64,000 bases of DNA from a virus (taxonomy: Duplodnaviria; Caudoviricetes), in IMG/VR virus record IMGVR_UViG_3300020156_000029, positions 208 to 64,207 of that record. The stretch is one strand, 5' to 3'. The first letter of the stretch is position 1. Every line of letters starts with the position of its first letter. The notes under the pieces were generated by a model. It saw only the letters and a program-made list of their open reading frames with translations, was not told where the DNA came from and did not search any database. This document shows positions 57,438 through 64,000 of the stretch, in pieces. The position numbers were made by a program, and so were the translations under genes.

Positions 57438-58611
57438 TCAACCGATTTTTCCGTTGGCCCGAGCCTCGCGGCGGGCCAGCACACGGCGCGCGGCCTCGGC
57501 GGCCTGGCCTTCGCCCGACGCGGTGCGGGCCAGGGCTTCCGACGACGTCGGCTCGCGCACCTCGCCTCGCGCGATCAGGGCCGCCCATTCGACGCGCAAG
57601 GCGGCCCGGCGGGCTTCTAGCTCGGCGTCGGCCGCGACCATGCGCTTGACGGCTCGGCGGTGCGCGGCGTCGCTCATGTGGCCGCGCGCGTGCAAGCCCG
57701 GCTCGCCGAACAGGTGACGGCCCGCGCCGCGCGATGTGGCGAACGCCTCGAAGGTCTGGACGATCACGCGGGGCGTTCCAACTGGCCGACGCACTCGCCG
57801 GCATCCCAGAGCGCGCCGTAGCGGACGCGATGCGCCTGAAGGTTGATGTTGTTGTGAAACGGATTCACCTCGGCGGGCTTGGCGAGGCGGAGGAGGCCCG
57901 CATAGCCGCCCGCATAACCAAGGTGCAGTTCGTCGCGCGAGCGCGTCCCGTATTTGTCGCGGCGGACATACTTGAACATCTGGCCAGGTTCGCGCCCCTC
58001 GTCGTGGTGAGGCCCGCTCGCCCAGGTCACTTCGGCCCAGGCGTCGCCGAACCACGAATGAAGCTGGATCAGGTCGCCGACCTCAATGCACGGGGTCGGC
58101 CCATCTGTGCGGGTGTCGTGCATCACGCCGCGCCCTCGAACACCACCGCACCGAAGCCCAGGCCGGTCAGGTGCTCGGCAATCGCGGCGTTGGCGCAGTT
58201 CATGGCGGAGGAGGCCCGCCCACCTTCCACCGTCACGGTGTGGTACGGCGTCAGTTCGATGCGAGCGGCCCAGGTGCGGCCCTCGCGGGCAATCGTGCCG
58301 ATCATCGCGCCAACGTGGCAGGGAGCGCCGCCGATGGCCGCCAGGACCGCGCGTGGGGCATACAGCCGCCAGATGGGACGGCCGCGCATGTCCTCGCACC
58401 TCCACTCGAGCGAGACAGCCTCGCCAGCGGGAGCCGGGCCAGCAATGGGGCGGAGGCGTTCGGCGGCCGAGATCGGGTCCAGCGTCACGCCGTCCAGTGT
58501 CACGGCCTCGATGATGCAGCGACCCTCGCTGAAGTCATAGGCGCACTCGATCGAGTGGCCCAAGGCCTTCGCGACGTTGACGAGGCGGGTAAGTTCGGCG
58601 TTCGAGATCAT
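57438..58611 (-). CDS. Three coupled hypothetical proteins (57438-57767, 57764-58123, 58123-58611)
   Basis: Start/stop overlaps; promoter repeat at 58663-58680. Confidence 0.6.
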
Positions 58612-58663
58612 GGCGTGTGCTCCGTGTTGATAGGTGGTTTTATTCCACACATGGCGGAGCGCG

Positions 58664-60418
58664 TCAACGGATAAATCCGGCGTCTCGCAACATTTTCTCA
58701 GTCGCTCGAGGCACGCCGCGCCAGGGCGTGACCTGGCCACGGTAGAAGATCGCGCACTCGGCATGTTGCAAGCGCCAGTGCTTGCCGGGGCGAGGGTCTT
58801 TCGTGCGCTCGAAGTGGCCGGCCCCCGCGTCGACCGTCTCGCGGCATCGGTAGCAGGGGCCGGGGTGGCGGTTACGCATGGGGCGGAATCTCGGGGCGTT
58901 CGGGCCAGGTGAAGGCGAGGCCGATCCGGCGCGCGCAATCGAGACCCACCGGCCCGATCACGACCGGCGCGGAGTGGGTGCGCCGCGCCCTGATCTCGAC
59001 CACCGCCCCGGCGAAATCCTCGGGATGGATCACGTCGTGCGTGTCCAGTTCATAGGCGATCCACCGGCGCGGCTGGCCCGGCGCTAGGTCGCGCTGGCAC
59101 CGCTCGCAGTAGTCGGCCGTCTTCGGGTCGCGCCGATAGTCGGGGTCGAGGTTGGCGACGCGGTAGGGTCGGGGGTTACGCATCCTTGACGCTCGCGCGG
59201 CCCGCATCGAATGCCAGGGCGAGGAGGGCGTAAAGCTGCGCCTCACTGAGCACGCGGGTTGTGCATGGCCCGCCGCCGTGGCCCTTGCGGCCGGATAGCA
59301 GGCGGGCGGCGTTGTGAGAGGCCCAGCGGTCGGCCTCGGGACTGACCTTGGCGGGCTTTGAGGTGGCGTCGCTCATTCCGGCAGTTCCTTAATCGTCGCC
59401 TTGATCGAGCCATCACACCGCGTCGCGGCGGTCTTGCGCCTTGCGAGCATCTTGCGGGCCAGGTTCTCGGCGAGCTTCTCGTGATCGACGGACACGACGA
59501 GTTCAAAGCGGGAGCCGTCGCGGCGCTTGAAGGTGTGGCGGGTCATTGATCCATGAACCTGAACAAGCGCCCCTCGTCGGAGGCCGCGCAGTTGATGACC
59601 ACCGACTCGCAAGGCGAGACGATGCGGAGGCCGGAAGGGCTGGGCTCGATCAGGCAAGCGCCGCCGGGGAACTTGCGGTCGTATTCACGGGTCAACTCGC
59701 CGACGCGGCTCGTCGTGCTTTGGCCCGTGACGTGGCGGGCGACGGCGTTTGCGAGGATGCGGGCGGGGCGGGTCATGGCTCAGGATTCCAGCCGCTCGAA
59801 GCGATAGCCGCTCGCGTGGAACTCCGAGGGCGACGCGGTGGTCATGTAGCGGTCGTTCCAGTCGGCGGAACCGGCGCGGGCCAGGTCGACGGGGCCGTCG
59901 ATCCGAACCGACATGCGACCGGCGGCCGATCGGGCGGCGCTGTCGCTGGCGTAGCGGGCGAACTCGACAGCCTCCGGCCCCATGCCGTCCGCGCCGAAGC
60001 TCTTGAACTCGTATTGCTGGGTCATGGCTCAGCCCTCAAAGTTCGCGCGGATGAGGGTCGCCAGCATGGTGCGGGCGCGGTCGGCGATAGCTTCCTCGAG
60101 GTGAGGCTTGAAGGTCGCCGAGGCGATGCCGCGATTGCTGCAGGCGTCCAGCGCAGCCCCGGCGGCGGACACGGCGTCACGCACAGCGTATTCCATGCCG
60201 TCCAGCATGGCGGCGATGGCCAGGGCGTCGCCCTCATCCTTCGCGCGGATCATGCCGACCTGGGAGGCGTGGCCCGATCCGACGTTGTAGACTCCGAGGT
60301 GGCCCATAGCCGAGTTGACGGTGACGACCGTCTCGCCGCGCGCCCAGATGCCGGGCGAGTGCTCGGCGAAGCCCGCGAAGGTCAGGACGTCGGCGGCGGT
60401 GGTGGTCTTGCTGGCCAT
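58664..60418 (-). CDS. Seven small coupled hypothetical proteins (58664-58879, 58872-59183, 59176-59376, 59373-59546, 59543-59776, 59780-60025, 60029-60418)
   Basis: Head-to-tail ORFs with overlaps/RBSs; promoter repeat at 60470-60487. Confidence 0.6.
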
Positions 60419-60519
60419 CTGTGGCTCTCCCTTGATGATATGAGGAATAAAGCAGCATATGAGGGAGGCGTCAACGGATATTTCCGGCGAACAGCGTTAT
60501 TTTATTGTTCGCGGTGGTT

Positions 60520-60725
60520 TGGCAGGGTATCGGAAACCCAGACCCCAAACCTCCTCCAAAAATCTTCAATAATATCATATATATAGTATATATATTGAGG
60601 GGGTTTATATAGGTATTGAAGGTTTAAGGGGGGGGAGGGTATTTCATACAAGGTTTTATTCCTGAGTTATGGGAGTCTCTATAGCGCAAACCTCGGAAAC
60701 CCGCTTTACCCTCGAAACCCCGGCC
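60520..60725. other. AT-rich non-coding island, candidate replication origin
   Basis: ATATATATAGTATATATAT near-palindrome, flanked by AAACC/GGTTT repeats, in a high-GC genome. Confidence 0.5.
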
Positions 60726-60773
60726 ACGAAAAAGGCCGCCCGAAGGCGGCCCCGCTCGGTGTCCTGGCGGCTC

Positions 60774-61475
60774 TCACTTCGCCGCGCGCACCTCCTCCCA
60801 ATCGTCGCGGCATTGCTCGCCGTAGACCGCCCGGCCCGCCTCGCGCCACCACGCCCGGCCCGCCTCGACTTGGCCCGCCGCGCCGCTCGCCTGGGCGCGC
60901 TCGATGCACTGGCGGGTCTCCTCCGCCGGGGAGCCGTCGCCGGGCGCAATCGGCTCAATGCGCTTGCATGTCGGAAACTCATCCTCGGCGGCGCGATAGA
61001 GCGGGCCGGTTGCGCCCTCGCACCCATAGCCAACGAGGCGGGTCGGGTCGGCCGGCCGGCTGGGCTGGGCCGTGGCCACGATCCAGAAGGGCGCGACGGC
61101 GAGGGCGACAGCGGCGGCGGAAAGCATGAAGCGCATGGGGCGAACCTTTCAGGCCAGGTGAATGCGGAAGACGTCGGCGGCGGGCGTGACGCGATAGGCG
61201 CGCTTGCCGCTGTTGATCACGAGCGAGACCACGTCGCGGGCCTCGAGCGACACGGCCCAGACGAAAGCGCCGTAGCTGTTCGAGGAGATCACGAACACGT
61301 CGCGGCCGTGCTCCTGGGCGGAGCGAGCGGCGGAGCGAACCGCGCCCGAGAGATCGGCGGCGCTGTAGCGCTTGCGCCAGGTCTTAGGCTTCTCGCCCTT
61401 CAGCGTGGCGGTCGCCTGGACCTCGAGGGTCTCGCGTTCGATTTGCATGTCGGTCGCTCCGTTCTGATGCCCCAA
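60774..61475 (-). CDS. Two hypothetical proteins (60774-61136 exported, Cys-rich; 61149-61475)
   Basis: Signal peptide in the first; followed by a terminator hairpin near 60729-60752. Confidence 0.6.
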
Positions 61476-61477
61476 CC

Positions 61478-61548
61478 ATGCCGCGAATAAAAACGCATGT
61501 CAACCGGATTTATCCGTTGACACGCCCGTTTTTATTCCACATATTAGA
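61478..61548. promoter_or_regulatory. Back-to-back divergent early promoters with GAATAAAA operator-like boxes
   Basis: TGTCAAC-CGGATTTATCCG-TTGACA gives a -35 on each strand; GAATAAAAAC on the left and GTTTTTATTCC on the right. Confidence 0.75.
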
Positions 61549-61571
61549 CCCATCGAAACGGAGACACCGCC

Positions 61572-62267
61572 ATGACCTCGAACGTGATCAGCTTCGCCGC
61601 CTTCAAGAACGACCGCCGCGCCGCCGCCGAAACCGCCAAGCGCGAAGAAGCCAAGGCCGCCCGCATCGAGAAGGAGCGCCAGGAGATCGCCGACAGCCTG
61701 GGCGGCACGGCCGGCGCTCACATCATCGCCGACGTGCTGACCGACCTGAAGGCGAAGGAGCAAGAGACGAAATACGTCCCCGCCTATTGCGACCCCTCGA
61801 ACGAAGTTCGCGGCGCGAAGTATGAGGCGACCCGGAATCTCGACATCACCGAAATCGCCAAGCGGATGCGCGCTGACATCAAGGCGCTGAACCTCCGCCC
61901 CGGCTTCAAGGTCGCCGTTCGCACTCAGCGTTATTCCGGCGGCCAGTCAATCGACATTCGCGTTACGGCCCTGCCCGATGACTTCCGCGTCTATTCCGAG
62001 GCCCGCGCGTCCTGGGACAAGCAGTTCCCGAACAGCTACCGCCCGCCGCTGTCGGTCGCCGATCAGCACAGCCCCGAATATAACGAGGTTAAGGCGAAGC
62101 TCGAGGCGATCCACAACGCCTATAACCGCGACAACAGCGACAGCATGACCGACTATTTCGACACCCGCTATTATGGGTCGGTCAACTTCGAGGGCACCTG
62201 GGAGCGCGGCAAGGCCGAAGTCGAGGCCAGCCCCGGCACCTACTGGCACCCCGACAGCGCCCGCTAA
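61572..62267 (+). CDS. LPD29-like (large polyvalent protein-associated domain) protein
   Basis: 'IAKRMRADIK...KVAVRTQRYSGGQSIDI...YNRDNSDSMTDYFD'. Confidence 0.7.
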   Translation: MTSNVISFAAFKNDRRAAAETAKREEAKAARIEKERQEIADSLGGTAGAHIIADVLTDLKAKEQETKYVPAYCDPSNEVRGAKYEATRNLDITEIAKRMRADIKALNLRPGFKVAVRTQRYSGGQSIDIRVTALPDDFRVYSEARASWDKQFPNSYRPPLSVADQHSPEYNEVKAKLEAIHNAYNRDNSDSMTDYFDTRYYGSVNFEGTWERGKAEVEASPGTYWHPDSAR

Positions 62268-62365
62268 ATCGACCCCGCATTTTTTCGCCCCGCGTGCCGG
62301 ATTTATCCGTTGACACGCGGGGCGACATGCTGTTTTATTCCCTCATCAGCAAGGGAGATGCAGTT

Positions 62366-62596
62366 ATGTGGTCACGCGGAAAAGACGCCGAGAACCCCGG
62401 CAAGTTCGCCTTCGAGCTTTGGGACGGCTTCGACCTGATCAAGCGGGTTGGCGGCTTCGACACGGCCCAGGAAGCCGACCGCGCCGCCGAGGCCGCCCAG
62501 CGCGCGCACCTGTTCCCGCAAGCCGAGGAGCCGCTACCGGACGACATCGCCAATATGTCGATTGAGGAGCTAGGGCGCGAGCTAGGCCTAGAATAG
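62366..62596 (+). CDS. Hypothetical protein
   Basis: GGGAG RBS, own promoter repeat at 62297-62315. Confidence 0.6.
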   Translation: MWSRGKDAENPGKFAFELWDGFDLIKRVGGFDTAQEADRAAEAAQRAHLFPQAEEPLPDDIANMSIEELGRELGLE

Positions 62597-62654
62597 CCCC
62601 TCCCGCCACCCGACCCGCCCCGAACCCTAGGCCCGCAAGGCCTAGGGTTTTCGC

Positions 62655-63047
62655 ATGGCCGCAACCGATCGAGTGAGCAACCGAATCCCTGAGTGGCGAC
62701 TGCAGGCCGAACAGGTCGCGGAGCTTGAACGGCTCGAGGCCCTCGGCCATGCGTTCGCCTATGCCGCCGGGCTCGAGGGCGTGCCCCTGACGCCGAAAAA
62801 GCGCCGCGAGATGCGAGCCCAAGGCATGAAGGCCGGCGAGCCTGACTTGCGATTCTACTTCCCCGGCGCGCGCTTGATCCTCCTCGAGAACAAGGCGGAT
62901 GGCGGCTCGCTCTCGAAGGATCAGCGCGAGCGCCACGCCCTCCTAACTCGCCTGGGCTTCGAGGTGCGGACTCGCAAGATGCTGACGCTCGAGGAGGCCC
63001 GCCAGGTCGTGCGCGACATCGTCGAGGAGTTCGCGCCCCTTGGCTGA
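62655..63047 (+). CDS. VRR-NUC domain nuclease
   Basis: 'EWRLQ', 'GMKAGEPDL', 'ENKADGGSLSKDQ'. Confidence 0.85.
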   Translation: MAATDRVSNRIPEWRLQAEQVAELERLEALGHAFAYAAGLEGVPLTPKKRREMRAQGMKAGEPDLRFYFPGARLILLENKADGGSLSKDQRERHALLTRLGFEVRTRKMLTLEEARQVVRDIVEEFAPLG

Positions 63048-63636
63048 GATTCGCCTAGAGCTTGAAGGCCGCGAGCTTCGCCGCTTTCGCACCCTGGCCA
63101 GCGTGTCGCGCACGATGGCCGCAAAGTCGCTGACATTCACGGCGGAGAAGGCCGTCCCCGCTTGGCGGGCCGGTCATCACGTCTTCACGAAGCGCCGCCC
63201 ATGGATCGACTCGGGCGTGCGGATGCGCCCCGCCACGGCGGGCAACCTGAATGCGCGCGTCGGGACAATCGACCTCTACATGGGCCGCCACGTCGTCGGC
63301 ATTGGCGACGAAAAGCGCGCCAGCGGCCGGGGTCTATTCGTCCCGAACGAACCCGCGCGGCAACAGGGCACACACACCCAGATCAGACGGCGCATCTCGC
63401 GGATGCGCTCGACCCAGCGCAAACCGTTCTGGATCGACTACGCGGGCGGGCGGCTGCTAGTCCGCCGCAAGGGCAAGGCCCGCACCCCCTTGACCGTGCT
63501 AGGGCGCTCGCGCTCGAGCGTTGACATCCCCGAACGCCTGGACGCCCTCGGCATCGTGTCGGGCGTAGTGCATCGGGAGTTCGGCCCCGTGTATGAGCGC
63601 CTCTTGCTCCGATGGGCGGAGACGGGGAGGGTCTAA
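63040..63636 (+). CDS. Putative neck/tail-completion-like basic protein
   Basis: Arg-rich 198-aa ORF, 'AAKSLTFTA'; similar genes precede cos in lambda-like phages (inference). Confidence 0.45.
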   Translation: MAEIRLELEGRELRRFRTLASVSRTMAAKSLTFTAEKAVPAWRAGHHVFTKRRPWIDSGVRMRPATAGNLNARVGTIDLYMGRHVVGIGDEKRASGRGLFVPNEPARQQGTHTQIRRRISRMRSTQRKPFWIDYAGGRLLVRRKGKARTPLTVLGRSRSSVDIPERLDALGIVSGVVHREFGPVYERLLLRWAETGRV

Positions 63637-63959
63637 ACCCCCGACAATCAGGACGACGCCACACGCCCGCCCGCTCCCCGCTGGCGGGCGTTGCCATGTC
63701 CAGCGCCACGCGCACCCGCGCCCCCACCACGCCCCACCCATGCGCTAGGCCAGGCCATAGGCCCGCCCTATCCCCCGTCCTCTACGATAGGTCGAGGCTA
63801 TCGACACACGCCCAGGCCATAGCCTCGGCCTATTAGGCTATAGATTTTCCTTATGCAAATCTCTGCAAATCATCAGCCGATGACATCAGTGGTTAGTTGA
63901 GAGGGGATCGCAACGAGACGCGACCCACAGGCTAACCAATTGAAATGTAACAACATTTT

Positions 63960-64000
63960 GGGTCCTCCCCCGGCCCCCGACGTGCGGGTATCGCGCGAAC
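63960..64000 (+). other. Probable cos site (cosQ and start of cosN)
   Basis: GGGTCCT (identical to lambda cosQ) at 63960-63966, CCGAC at the same offset as in lambda, upstream of the Nu1/gpA genes in the circular map. Confidence 0.6.

Noticed and set aside
60575-60600. Protelomerase target (telRL) palindrome
   Set aside because: Palindrome is short and imperfect, no protelomerase gene is seen, and the phage has int/attP
1-64000. Avoidance of CGACCAG
   Set aside because: The reverse complement CTGGTCG occurs several times (e.g. ~3346, ~7675, ~13944)

Overview
Near-complete (~64 kb, high GC) genome of a temperate phage of a Caulobacteraceae-like alphaproteobacterium, in the virion/excised configuration (intact attP, a probable cos site at the right edge). 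It combines a lambda-type head module (Nu1/gpA terminase, gpW, portal, S49 protease/scaffold, gpD, gpE) with a P2-type contractile tail (V, W, J, I, sheath, tube, E/E', tape measure, U, X, D), a lysis cassette, a tyrosine integrase targeting tRNA-Gly(CCC), a CI-like repressor and a replication/recombination module. The most striking region is a ~1.3 kb non-coding island (31.05-32.4 kb). It holds a circularly permuted two-piece tmRNA (tag VNDNYDLSQAIAA), a ~500-nt ornate RNA with a permuted, tetraloop-capped tRNA mimic (YrlA/GOLLD-like), and a second unidentified pseudoknotted RNA. The phage also carries stand-alone homologues of host cell-cycle and stress regulators (GcrA, DnaA domain IV, an OmpR/CtrA-type winged helix, an EcfG/SigT-type sigma factor, beta clamp, DNA methyltransferases). 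Other observations are two families of repeated phage promoters, a candidate +1 frameshift at UCC-UUU-CGU, and apparent avoidance of several 6-bp sites. All calls are from reading the sequence; no database searches were run.
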